Position numbers and translations under genes: made by a program
The notes under the pieces: model-generated
The model's input: the letters and a program-made list of their open reading frames with translations, nothing else
Databases searched by the model: none
Told to the model about the DNA's origin: nothing
Shown here: positions 1-8,409 of the stretch, piece after piece
Position numbering within the stretch: position 1 is the stretch's first letter
Layout of the letters: each line of letters begins with the position of its first letter
Assembly: GCA_964345045.1 (NCBI GenBank)
Contig: CAYFPM010000001.1
Location: forward strand, 539,264 to 603,263
Source of the DNA: an uncultured Gammaproteobacteria bacterium
GTDB lineage: Bacteria; Patescibacteriota; Patescibacteriia; Magasanikbacterales; UBA922
Direction: 5' to 3'
Length of the DNA: 64,000 nt

Positions 1-100
1 CAAAAATAACTTATACACATTTTCTTTTGTACTTTACACTTTTAATGCTACAGTAAATATATAACCGGCTAACAAGCCACAGGAGAGAAGGGAGGACGCC

Positions 101-433
101 ATGCAGCGTCTTTTTCTATTGACTCTTCTGGGCCTTTGTCCGGTCTTCGGAGGTTGTGTCTCGATCGAGCTAAAATTCGAGACGGCTGTGAGGACGGTGC
201 ACCACCATCACCACAGTAACAACCGATGCGAGGAGAGACGAGCAAAAGCAAAGACCAAACCTGAATCAGCAACACCTCTTCCGGCGCTGGTCTCGTCGGA
301 GTTGAGCTTTCGCTACGCAGAGGAAGGCGTAGCTAGGACTTCCACAACCTCGAGAGTGGAAGACCTCCTCAGCCTGGTAGTGAAACCAGGCAACATCGAA
401 GAAGACCGCGAAGAGGAAGGCGCGGAAGAGTAA
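101..433 (+). CDS. hypothetical secreted protein (N-terminal signal peptide, His-rich stretch); GC-rich island gene
   Basis: ORF track; hydrophobic N-terminus LLTLLGLCPVFGGC; strong SD GGAGAGAAGGGAGG ~8 nt upstream of the ATG; local GC far above the AT-rich surroundings. Confidence 0.4.
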   Translation: MQRLFLLTLLGLCPVFGGCVSIELKFETAVRTVHHHHHSNNRCEERRAKAKTKPESATPLPALVSSELSFRYAEEGVARTSTTSRVEDLLSLVVKPGNIEEDREEEGAEE

Positions 434-443
434 CAACTAGAGG

Positions 444-489
444 GGTGATCCCGGCTGTAGGAGCCGTCGAGGGCAGCCGGGATCACCTT
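444..489 (+). terminator. GC-rich perfect hairpin (GGTGATCCCGGCTG...CAGCCGGGATCACC) just after the stop of the 101..433 ORF; no clear U-tract
   Basis: inverted repeat read directly in the sequence. Confidence 0.3.
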
Positions 490-564
490 CTCGCCCACTT
501 GCAATCAACCTTGTTTAGGTTGTTTTATTTTTGCTAAATTTAGTTAAATTTATATGTTTTTAGC

Positions 565-593
565 TTGACAAATAGCTTCAAATTTGTTATTAT
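565..593 (+). promoter_or_regulatory. sigma70-like promoter TTGACA-N17-TATTAT, followed by a ~170-nt leader to the 768 ATG
   Basis: TAGCTTGACA at 561-570, TATTAT at 588-593; SD GGGAGG at 756-761. Confidence 0.4.
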
Positions 594-767
594 CACCGAC
601 TACTTTTTAGTAGCTATGTTCTTTCAAATGCGAATTAGCTTGGGATTTTGAGGCGTATATTTGCGCCCCAGTATCTCTAGCTAATTTGCTACAAGCAAAG
701 AGGCTACGAGTGGCAAAAACTGCGTCGTTTTTTCGGCGCCTTTTCCGAAGTTTCATGGGAGGACCAT

Positions 768-1949
768 ATGAACTTCACTCGCTTGGCGAGCATGATCGCC
801 GTTCTGTTCACCCTTTCCGTCGTGGCCTGCGGGCCGAGCTACGACATCAACCTGCCCGAGCCCGAGGTGGTGGTCAACGAGACCGTCACCTCGACCACGA
901 TCGTCATCAACAACACCGAGACGTCGACCACCATCGTGGTCGATGGGAACTGTCGCTACGGCGCCCACACGCAGCGCCACCTCTACATCGGTGACATCAC
1001 GAGAACCGAAGTGGAGGCCGGGCAGAGCCTGGTGGTGGCTGGTGCGGATCTCATCCCCAGTTGCGAGGGCAAAGAAATCTTCCTCCGCTCGGTTGCATTC
1101 CGGATCAACACCAACGAGGTCGGCGAGATCATCACCGACACTCGACTCATGATCGGCCCAGAGTTGGTCACCAACGCGAACTTCACCAACAACCGCGATC
1201 GCATCTTCACCTGGATTCTCCCAAACGCACGGCCAATCGACTACAGCGGCATGGGGTTCAATATCCTGGCCACCACTAGCACGTCGGCACCGCTCGGGTA
1301 CTACGGCATAGACATCGTCGAACTCGTCATCGAAGACGAGAACGGTGATGTTGTAGAAACCAGTCCCATGAACGGAGGCTGGTCCTTCCAGATCGTTGAA
1401 AGAACCGCAGGCTACTGCGAAGGTGCTGGCTGCTGTGGCACGGGGACAACCTGGGACTCAGTCCGAGAGATCTGCATCGCAGATGTACAAATTTCCCAAT
1501 GCGGTGGCAACCTAAACCTAATACCGGCTCTCAACGTAGGCAATAACACCTACGGCCCAGGTCAGGCAGCCGAGTGGTTCTTCGATCTGGAGAACCAGGC
1601 CAGTGAGGCTAGCAACCTTGAGCGACTTACTTTTGTTCTAAGTGGTCAATCGATTCAACCGTGGGTCAACTGCACTTTTGGTACTGCTAGCGGGGTCCTA
1701 CTCGACAGCGGTAGTATCCCCACCACTGCCTATCGTGTAGAATTCTTGCTCAACTCGGGAGCAGGATACATACTGCCAGCCGGAGCCACAGAACGTATGG
1801 TCGTACGGTGCCAACTCTCTTCACAGATGGTCAACTCTGGCCGACAGTGGCTGTCGCTCATCAAGATGGGAGCAGAAGGCAATCGAACCCGGTGCAGCAT
1901 GCCCTGGCTCGGGGCCTTCCACGATTGGGTGGACATCGTCGGCAACTAG
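768..1949 (+). CDS. hypothetical secreted lipoprotein (signal peptide ending in a lipobox-like VVAC); GC-rich island gene
   Basis: 393-aa ORF; N-terminus MNFTRLASMIAVLFTLSVVAC; high GC; other-frame ORFs in the same span are GC artefacts. Confidence 0.55.
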   Translation: MNFTRLASMIAVLFTLSVVACGPSYDINLPEPEVVVNETVTSTTIVINNTETSTTIVVDGNCRYGAHTQRHLYIGDITRTEVEAGQSLVVAGADLIPSCEGKEIFLRSVAFRINTNEVGEIITDTRLMIGPELVTNANFTNNRDRIFTWILPNARPIDYSGMGFNILATTSTSAPLGYYGIDIVELVIEDENGDVVETSPMNGGWSFQIVERTAGYCEGAGCCGTGTTWDSVREICIADVQISQCGGNLNLIPALNVGNNTYGPGQAAEWFFDLENQASEASNLERLTFVLSGQSIQPWVNCTFGTASGVLLDSGSIPTTAYRVEFLLNSGAGYILPAGATERMVVRCQLSSQMVNSGRQWLSLIKMGAEGNRTRCSMPWLGAFHDWVDIVGN

Positions 1950-2059
1950 ATACCCCCCGAGAGAGCCTCTTTGCTTGCGACTCTCCGGTTCGATTCACTT
2001 CGAGCCGGAGGGTCAAAAAGCATTCAATAATTTTAAAAAATTAAAGTTATTGATAAATA

Positions 2060-2096
2060 AAAAATCCTTCTAGACGAAGGATTTTTTATTTTGAAA
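2060..2096. terminator. bidirectional rho-independent terminator (ATCCTTC-TAGAC-GAAGGAT flanked by T/A runs)
   Basis: 7-bp stem with a U-tract on both strands; sits at the dus stop. Confidence 0.55.
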
Positions 2097-3090
2097 AATT
2101 ATTTTTAAATTCTAGGAGCAAATCTTCCAATTCTTCTAGAGAATTAACTCTTACCAATTTTCCTCGAAATTCTTTGATACCCGGAATTTCCAAACCAATT
2201 TTATTAGTTTTGAAATACCAACTAAGATGCTTGCGAAAAGTTACAATCCCCCGTTCGCCATACTGCTCTACATGCAACTTAGCATGACGCAAAACCACAT
2301 CTCCCCTTTCTTCAATTGGAACCAAGAGATCCTTCGACTCCGCTGCGCTTCGTTCAGGATGACTAAGCGCTAGTCTGAAAAACCAAGGGTTGCCAAGAGC
2401 ACCCCTTGCAATCAAAGCTCCGTCTGCATCGGTTTGTTCCAAAACTTCTTTTACTTGATATGGCTCGTGGATGTCTCCATTGGCTAGGAGCGGCACACTA
2501 GCAATTTCTTTGGCTATTTTGATCCTTCCCCAATCACTAACTCCACTATACCCTTGAGCTTTGGTGCGACCATGAATCGTTATCAAATCTGCGCCAGCTT
2601 TTTCTACCACTGGAATAAAATTTTTAAAATCATCTGGATCACTCCAACCAAGCCTTATTTTTACAGATAGAGGGGTATTACCTATAGCGGCTTTCATTTC
2701 TTTTACAATTTTGGCAGCCAGGTCTGGATCTTTCATTAAAGCGCAACCATTAAAATTGCTGGTGATTTTGTAAACCGGGCAGCCCATGTTTATATCTATA
2801 CCTTCGGGTCTGGCATGTTCCATTACAATTGCAGCAGATTTGGCCATGGTCATAGGATCGGCTCCAAAAATTTGTTGCACGATTGGTCGCTCTGCCTCTA
2901 CAAAATCTGTCATGCCCAAGGTCTTTTCGTTTTCTCGCACAATTGCTTCGCTAGATACCATTTCACGAAACACAACACTGGCTCCACCGATTTGACGCAC
3001 TATTTGGCAAAAAGCCGAATCCGTCATATCGGCCATAGGTGACAGAGCCATAATTTTACCTTTATTTTTTAGAGTTTCTTCTATCCACAT
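2086..3090 (-). CDS. dus: tRNA-dihydrouridine synthase (Dus family, TIM barrel)
   Basis: matches Dus motifs (MADMTDSAFCQIVRQ..., GIDINMGCPV, KIRLGW); the true start is probably the internal MALSP... Confidence 0.85.
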   Translation of the reverse strand: MWIEETLKNKGKIMALSPMADMTDSAFCQIVRQIGGASVVFREMVSSEAIVRENEKTLGMTDFVEAERPIVQQIFGADPMTMAKSAAIVMEHARPEGIDINMGCPVYKITSNFNGCALMKDPDLAAKIVKEMKAAIGNTPLSVKIRLGWSDPDDFKNFIPVVEKAGADLITIHGRTKAQGYSGVSDWGRIKIAKEIASVPLLANGDIHEPYQVKEVLEQTDADGALIARGALGNPWFFRLALSHPERSAAESKDLLVPIEERGDVVLRHAKLHVEQYGERGIVTFRKHLSWYFKTNKIGLEIPGIKEFRGKLVRVNSLEELEDLLLEFKNNFSK

Positions 3091-3285
3091 AAACTAAAAG
3101 TTGTTTGAGTTTTCTAAGTTTACTAAGTAACTAAAATAAAAAACTTAGTTAACTAAATAAACTTAGCCAACCTAGCAAACTTAGAATAAGTTATCCCCAT
3201 ACTACCCACTTTTTACCCAAAAATCAACCCTTGCCAAGAATATAGATTGCTGATAATGTGCCTATACAACCAAACACATTTATTG

Positions 3286-3400
3286 TGGAACTGGGGTTAG
3301 AGTCCCCGACTGTGCCGCAACGGTAAAGTCCTCCAACTACTTGAGAGGAACAAGTCCGATCTTCGATAAATGTGCCAATCCCGAGCAGGATAAAAAGTCA
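3286..3400 (+). ncRNA. candidate cobalamin (B12) riboswitch aptamer
   Basis: GGAACTGGGGTTAGAGTCCCCGACTGTGCCGCAACGGTAAAG resembles the E. coli btuB riboswitch core (GGGAATCCAGTGCGAATCTGGAGCTGACGCGCAGCGGTAAGG); the downstream genes are B12-binding-type proteins; the 3' B12-box half was not confidently recognised. Confidence 0.4.
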
Positions 3401-3423
3401 AAATAATTTGACCAAGTCTTAAA

Positions 3424-3448
3424 TCTCTGCTCGCAGCAGATTTTTTTA
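3424..3448 (+). terminator. intrinsic terminator immediately upstream of the 3455 ATG; likely the riboswitch expression platform
   Basis: TCTGCT-CGC-AGCAGA stem followed by TTTTTTT. Confidence 0.5.
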
Positions 3449-3454
3449 TTTAAA

Positions 3455-3895
3455 TTGCCTATGAAAAATTTTCTCAAAAACCACAAAGTGCATTTGGCCA
3501 TTTTTTTGGCTCTGGTAGCCATAGCTATAGTTTCTAACAATTACAGCACTAACAAAGAAAACAGCCCCCCGCAAATAATAAAAGAAGTAAGTACCTTATC
3601 GGCAACTATCCAGATAGAAAACGAGGATAGCCTGACAACCAAAATAAAAGAAGAAAGTACAGTTCTAGACTTAATGAAAAAATTAAAAGAAAAAGAGCGA
3701 CTAACTTTTGAAAGTAAGAATTTTGGATCGGGACTTGGAGAATATATCGAATCTATAAACGGTAAAAAAAGCACAGACAAAGAATTTTGGATTTACTACA
3801 TTAATAACAAAAAAGCTACAGTTGGTGTATCGACCTACAAACTGCAGCCAAATGACATAATAACTTGGAAATATGAACAAGATGAAACAAATTAG
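3455..3895 (+). CDS. DUF4430-domain secreted protein (transcobalamin beta-domain-like, putative B12 binder)
   Basis: signal peptide; C-terminal GxGLGEYIESINGKK...EFWIYYINNKKATVGVSTYKLQPNDIITWKY pattern typical of DUF4430. Confidence 0.55.
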   Translation: MPMKNFLKNHKVHLAIFLALVAIAIVSNNYSTNKENSPPQIIKEVSTLSATIQIENEDSLTTKIKEESTVLDLMKKLKEKERLTFESKNFGSGLGEYIESINGKKSTDKEFWIYYINNKKATVGVSTYKLQPNDIITWKYEQDETN

Positions 3896-5879
3896 TTTGG
3901 GGTTGGGTTTAATCACCCTATTGCTATGGCCAGGCAAAGAGGTACTAGCTGCCAACGAAATAGAAGTAAACGTACGAATAGAGGGACCTTCGGCCAATAT
4001 AGTTGATCAAGCTGTACAAATCCCAGATAGTTGTACAGTTACAGATTCTGCCGGAGGTACCCACACCTTTACCAATTACGAGGCTATCTGTGCTCTACAA
4101 GTACTAAAAGAAGCCGGTACCATTGATTTTCAAGCTACAGATTGGGGCTGGGCTATGGCACTAGACAGCATAACTAACATAAAAAATGCTAGTGATTGGA
4201 GTGAATCTTGGTTTATTCGTATAAATAGCGCTACTTCCAACTTTGGGATAGATTCTTTGGTACTTAATCCAAATGATCGTTTACTTTTGGGCTACGGTGG
4301 TTGGCCTTTTCCAGAACCATTACTTTTTGAAAAAACAGGTAATGCTGCCAAAATTGGAGATTCAGTTACCTTTGTCACAAAAATTTGGAATGACGACAAT
4401 GGAGGTTACGAAGATTATCAAAGTCCTGTTATTTTTTATCTAAAAGGAACTCCAATCTCATCGGAAAATGGAGAGATCACTTGGACAGTAGACACCATTG
4501 ACACTTTTCCTATTTGGGTAGAAGCAGTAGGAAAAATAAGAAGTCCCAAATATCAATTTGAACCAAAAGCTACAGAAGCTAATTACATTGGAAATCAAGT
4601 AGGACTAAATACCAAAGAAGCTGTTGATTTTCTAGAAAAAAATCAAAACAAAGACGGCTCATTTGCCAAAAACCAATTATTTTCCGACTGGGCCGCGATT
4701 GCTTTGTCTACACAAGACACCAACAATTCTGCCAGACAAAAAATCACTAACTATCTATTACAAGGAAGAAAACCCGGAAAAAATACTACAGATTACGAAA
4801 GAAGAGCTTTGGCACTTTTGACATTAGGAATTAATCCCTATGATGTAAATGGTAGAAATTATATAGAACCAATTGTAAATGATTTTGATGGAACTCAAAT
4901 TGGTAACAAAGATTATGTAAACGATGATATATTTGGGCTACTTGTCTTGAGAAAATCTGGATTTGATTTGAGGGAAGAAATAATAACAAAATTGACCAAC
5001 CATATTCTCTCTAACCAAAATAAAAATGGTTCTTGGGCAGAAAGCACAGATATGACCTCTGCTGCTATCCAAGCCCTTCAAACAGTAGAAGGAGCCACAA
5101 ATGTTTACGAAGCTTTGGAAAAAGCAAAAAGATATATAAGAACCCAACAAAAAACAAATGGTAGTTTCAACAACAGTGCCTACTCTACAACTTGGGCAAT
5201 ACAGGCAATTACCACTTTGGGAATGGATGCTTCTGACTGGTACAAAAACGACAATACTCCTGTAAATTATCTAGCCGCCTTGCAAGAGCCCGATGGAGGT
5301 TTGGGAAAAGATTCTCCTATTGAAATGAGGATTTGGTTAACTTCCTACGCTATTCCAGCTTCTTTAGGCAAAAGCTGGGCAGATTTGATGCATGAATTCC
5401 CAAAAGGAGAAATAAAAATAATTGAGAAAAAAGAAGAAACACAGGAAACTTTGGAAGAAACAAAAGAAGAAATAATCTCAGAAAAAACAGAACTTAATAT
5501 CAAAGAAAATATTAAAGAAGACACTGAACCTTTGGAACCTGAACCAAAATTAAGCGAAGAAGTTTTGAAATTAAAAATTGTAGAAGATATATCGGTAGAA
5601 GAACCTAAACAAAATATTATTAGCACAAACCAAATAGAAAGAGAAAGACCTGTAGAGATAGCAGAAGTTGTAGACAATCAAACCGAAGAAAAGATTATTG
5701 AAAACGAAGATCCTGTAATTCTGGAAACAGTATCTGCCGATGGTTCTGTACTGGCTGCTGCCGATAATTTGCCTACAGAAGGATCAAACAGCGCTAGAAA
5801 TGTATTTCGAACAGCTACTACCCTAGCCACCACCCTAGGAGCCTATTTGGCTTGGAGAGCCTTGCAGACTATAGTGTAA
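3873..5879 (+). CDS. surface protein: DUF4430-like domain + alpha/alpha-toroid (prenyltransferase/terpene-cyclase-like repeats), acidic linker, LPTEG sortase signal; transcobalamin-like
   Basis: signal peptide; repeats KDGSF/KNGSW/TNGSF/PDGGL with aromatic residues; LPTEG at 5769-5783 followed by a hydrophobic stretch and a basic tail. Confidence 0.55.
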   Translation: MNKMKQISLGLGLITLLLWPGKEVLAANEIEVNVRIEGPSANIVDQAVQIPDSCTVTDSAGGTHTFTNYEAICALQVLKEAGTIDFQATDWGWAMALDSITNIKNASDWSESWFIRINSATSNFGIDSLVLNPNDRLLLGYGGWPFPEPLLFEKTGNAAKIGDSVTFVTKIWNDDNGGYEDYQSPVIFYLKGTPISSENGEITWTVDTIDTFPIWVEAVGKIRSPKYQFEPKATEANYIGNQVGLNTKEAVDFLEKNQNKDGSFAKNQLFSDWAAIALSTQDTNNSARQKITNYLLQGRKPGKNTTDYERRALALLTLGINPYDVNGRNYIEPIVNDFDGTQIGNKDYVNDDIFGLLVLRKSGFDLREEIITKLTNHILSNQNKNGSWAESTDMTSAAIQALQTVEGATNVYEALEKAKRYIRTQQKTNGSFNNSAYSTTWAIQAITTLGMDASDWYKNDNTPVNYLAALQEPDGGLGKDSPIEMRIWLTSYAIPASLGKSWADLMHEFPKGEIKIIEKKEETQETLEETKEEIISEKTELNIKENIKEDTEPLEPEPKLSEEVLKLKIVEDISVEEPKQNIISTNQIERERPVEIAEVVDNQTEEKIIENEDPVILETVSADGSVLAAADNLPTEGSNSARNVFRTATTLATTLGAYLAWRALQTIV

Positions 5880-5911
5880 TAGTATATCCTGTAGAATATA
5901 AAATAAAAAAT

Positions 5912-6433
5912 ATGAAAAAAAATACTCTAATACTTACAGCCCTATTAATTGCTCTAGGCATTGCTGGTAGGCTACTCCCCCACCCGGCCAATTTTACTCC
6001 AGTAGCAGCGATTGCTCTTTTTGGAGCATTTTACCTGCCCAAACGCTGGGCTGTAGTTTTGCCTCTTTTGGCAATTTTGCTTAGTGATATCTTTATTGGT
6101 TTTTACAATCCAAAGATGATGATCGCTGTTTATGGTAGTTTTGCCATAACTGGTGCTATTGGTCTTTATTTCCGAGAGAAAAAAAGCTTTGCAACAGTAG
6201 CAGCTAGCACCTTGCTTGGTTCGATTATCTTTTTTCTGGTTACCAATGCCGCTGTTTGGGCCTTTGGCACTATGTATACCAAAGATTTAGCAGGACTCTT
6301 GAACAGCTATACCATGGCTATTCCATTTTTTAGAAATAGCTTACTTGGAAATGTGTTTTTTGTAAGTTTGTTGTTTGGTAGTATGGAAATGCTTTTATCC
6401 ACCCAAAAGAAAAAAGCTTCTCTAAAAACTTAA
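5912..6433 (+). CDS. small multi-TM membrane protein, ECF-transporter S-component-like (CbrT-like candidate)
   Basis: ~173 aa, 5-6 TM helices; sits in the putative B12 operon; start taken at MKKNTLIL (5912) rather than the upstream in-frame ORF start. Confidence 0.4.
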   Translation: MKKNTLILTALLIALGIAGRLLPHPANFTPVAAIALFGAFYLPKRWAVVLPLLAILLSDIFIGFYNPKMMIAVYGSFAITGAIGLYFREKKSFATVAASTLLGSIIFFLVTNAAVWAFGTMYTKDLAGLLNSYTMAIPFFRNSLLGNVFFVSLLFGSMEMLLSTQKKKASLKT

Positions 6434-6450
6434 TAAGATTTAAAAATAAA

Positions 6451-6480
6451 AAAACTCCAATGTAAAATTGGAGTTTTTTA
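6451..6480 (+). terminator. rho-independent terminator (CTCCAAT-GTAAA-ATTGGAG + TTTTTT)
   Basis: read directly in the sequence. Confidence 0.65.
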
Positions 6481-6694
6481 TTGGCTATATGTGAGTATAA
6501 CTAAACTAGTGATAAAAAATTTGTTAACTATAGACTTTCTAAAAATGAAATAAAGATCAACTTATACCATAAGTAAAAGTAAAAAGCTCTTCCCTCTCCC
6601 CCCGTTAGCCTGCCCTGATCAAAGCCTCGGGAAGCATATCTGGTAAACAATTTGACCCCACCTAACCTCCCCTCATAGGGGAGGAAAAATTGAT

Positions 6695-8137
6695 TTAACC
6701 AAACTTTACAGTATCCCCATAACCAACCATGTCTCCAGAATCTGTTCGATATTTGCCAGAAGTTGGAGTTTCTTTTTCTTCTGCTTCTTCTTCTGCTACT
6801 GGGGCTACTACCCCCTCTATAGGCAAACCCGGAGGAGGTTCGGCTCGCTTGCCTTGAGCTTTTTGGATAAGCGGTGTTTGTACATGAGACATTGGGAAAT
6901 GCCAAATCGTAGCCAATTCTTCTATGTTCATTATAAAAGGACTGCCTCCACTATTTATTTTTCTTTTCTTAAATGCTTTTACCAAAAGTTTTTTTCTATA
7001 AGATACTCGCTTATCCTTTAGGGCATAAGAAGTGGAGACCGTATACTTGGGTACAATCGAATTTGAACTAGGAATATTAAATTGATTAATAGCTCCAATC
7101 ATAGCTTGAACACCACGTTCTGGTCTAAATACTTCTTTTCTGGCCACATACCCCCCTCTAATCTTGGTTTTAAAGCCTATTTTTGCAATTTTGTTTTCCA
7201 TTGCTTCTACTAGCTTTACTTGCCCTGGTGTCATGTAACGTAATTTATTTGGCTCTCCACTATCGGAATCTTTGCTACTACCAGAAGCTTCTGCTACGCC
7301 TCCACCAGAGAGTTGAGCCCCTATTTCTGCCAAACCTTTGGTAATCTCATCTGCCAACAAATTATCTGTAAGCAAATCGACTGGGCTGGAAGAAGAAGAT
7401 TTGGTTTCTTCACCTATAAATTCTTTTATTTTTTTGATAGATTTTTCTTTCCAACTGTTTCCAGTTGGTTGGAGTAGAATTTGAAACCACATCTGCTCAC
7501 CAGGACCTATTCTACTAAAACTTTCCAAAAATGTTCCCATAGGATCTTTTAGAACTGTATCTTTGGAAATACTGTGTTCAAATTCTGTGTAAGAACGAAT
7601 TGGAAAAGCATCTGATTCTGCCAAGCCAAAATCCCCCATCCAAACATCGTGAGTGTCGTTGGGATATTCGGCTGGAATGTCTTTGGTATAGTCTTCTACT
7701 TCGATAATTTCTGCTTCTGGGTATTGGGCATAGATAGAAGCTTCTACCAAATCTCTAAATTTTGCTTCTGTTCTAACCAAAAACTGAATATAACCCTCTA
7801 TACTAACAACCTCAAAACTAAACCAGCGTTGTTTGTAACCTTGTCGAAATCTTTCTGCCAAATTTGGGGACTCGTAAACCCCGGCAATATGAGCAAACAT
7901 TTGTTCGACCGCTTTTGGAGTCTGAACGTTTAAAGCCGGGATATCTACTGCCAAAAGTACCCACTCCCAATTTTCTTTGTATTTTTCTTCTTTGTATTCT
8001 TCTAGATAATAAACTACCAAAAAAGCAAAAACCCAAAACATTAATATCCAACCAAAAAGCACAAAAAGCTGGTAGATTATAGCTCCAGTAGAATTAGTAC
8101 TAAAAAAATTAGCAATGGTATTGAAATCAAACTGCAT
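6695..8137 (-). CDS. conserved hypothetical membrane-anchored protein (N-terminal TM pair, large soluble domain)
   Basis: 480-aa ORF with coherent composition; no family recognised. Confidence 0.55.
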   Translation of the reverse strand: MQFDFNTIANFFSTNSTGAIIYQLFVLFGWILMFWVFAFLVVYYLEEYKEEKYKENWEWVLLAVDIPALNVQTPKAVEQMFAHIAGVYESPNLAERFRQGYKQRWFSFEVVSIEGYIQFLVRTEAKFRDLVEASIYAQYPEAEIIEVEDYTKDIPAEYPNDTHDVWMGDFGLAESDAFPIRSYTEFEHSISKDTVLKDPMGTFLESFSRIGPGEQMWFQILLQPTGNSWKEKSIKKIKEFIGEETKSSSSSPVDLLTDNLLADEITKGLAEIGAQLSGGGVAEASGSSKDSDSGEPNKLRYMTPGQVKLVEAMENKIAKIGFKTKIRGGYVARKEVFRPERGVQAMIGAINQFNIPSSNSIVPKYTVSTSYALKDKRVSYRKKLLVKAFKKRKINSGGSPFIMNIEELATIWHFPMSHVQTPLIQKAQGKRAEPPPGLPIEGVVAPVAEEEAEEKETPTSGKYRTDSGDMVGYGDTVKFG

Positions 8138-8150
8138 ATTTAGAAAAGCC

Positions 8151-8314
8151 TAAGCATCTATCAGCTTGAGTATAATAAAATAAACTGCAACCAAACCAAT
8201 GGCTGTCCACCACCAACTCTCTTTGCCAGCAAAGTATCCCCCCAAATAAGCCATAAGGCAAGCCATGGTTCCCACAAAAGATATAAAATGCTTCATGAAA
8301 TTTTCAGACATAAC
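8151..8314 (-). CDS. possible small membrane peptide (~54 aa, MSENFMKHFISFVGTMACLMAYLGGYFAGKESWWWTAIGLVAVYFIILKLIDA)
   Basis: manual translation; lies directly upstream of the 480-aa gene on the same strand. Confidence 0.25.
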
Positions 8315-8409
8315 TTTTGCTTTATCTATAAATCTTATTTTTAGTTAGCTATATTCTATCACAAAAACAACCCGCCTGGTAGCGAGTTGTTTAAAATCTT
8401 TGCTAAAGC

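Noticed and set aside
686-1279. Multiple overlapping ORFs in other frames and on the minus strand across the GC-rich 768-1949 gene (686..994, 753..980, 943..1152, 983..1210, 1061..1279), and similar ones over nhaA (58443..58895, 58602..58817, 58908..59234, 58912..59382, 59379..59747)
   Set aside because: High GC suppresses stop codons in all frames. These ORFs are Arg/Pro/His-rich with no SD and overlap a well-supported gene, so they are artefacts.
60-2000. GC-rich islands as contaminant or chimeric assembly
   Set aside because: Not excluded, but judged less likely. The islands are short, sit between intact host genes with host-type intrinsic terminators at their boundaries, and use TTGACA promoters and the same hairpin style as the rest of the window. 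A coverage check is still warranted.
6528-6905. ORF 6528..6905 (125 aa, minus) and other short overlapping ORFs (e.g. 7649..7933, 7818..8051, 47416..47640, 62835..63326, 63181..63369, 63487..63828)
   Set aside because: They overlap well-supported genes (480-aa membrane protein, leuS, truB, membrane gene) in alternative frames or antisense, have low-complexity composition and no ribosome-binding sites.
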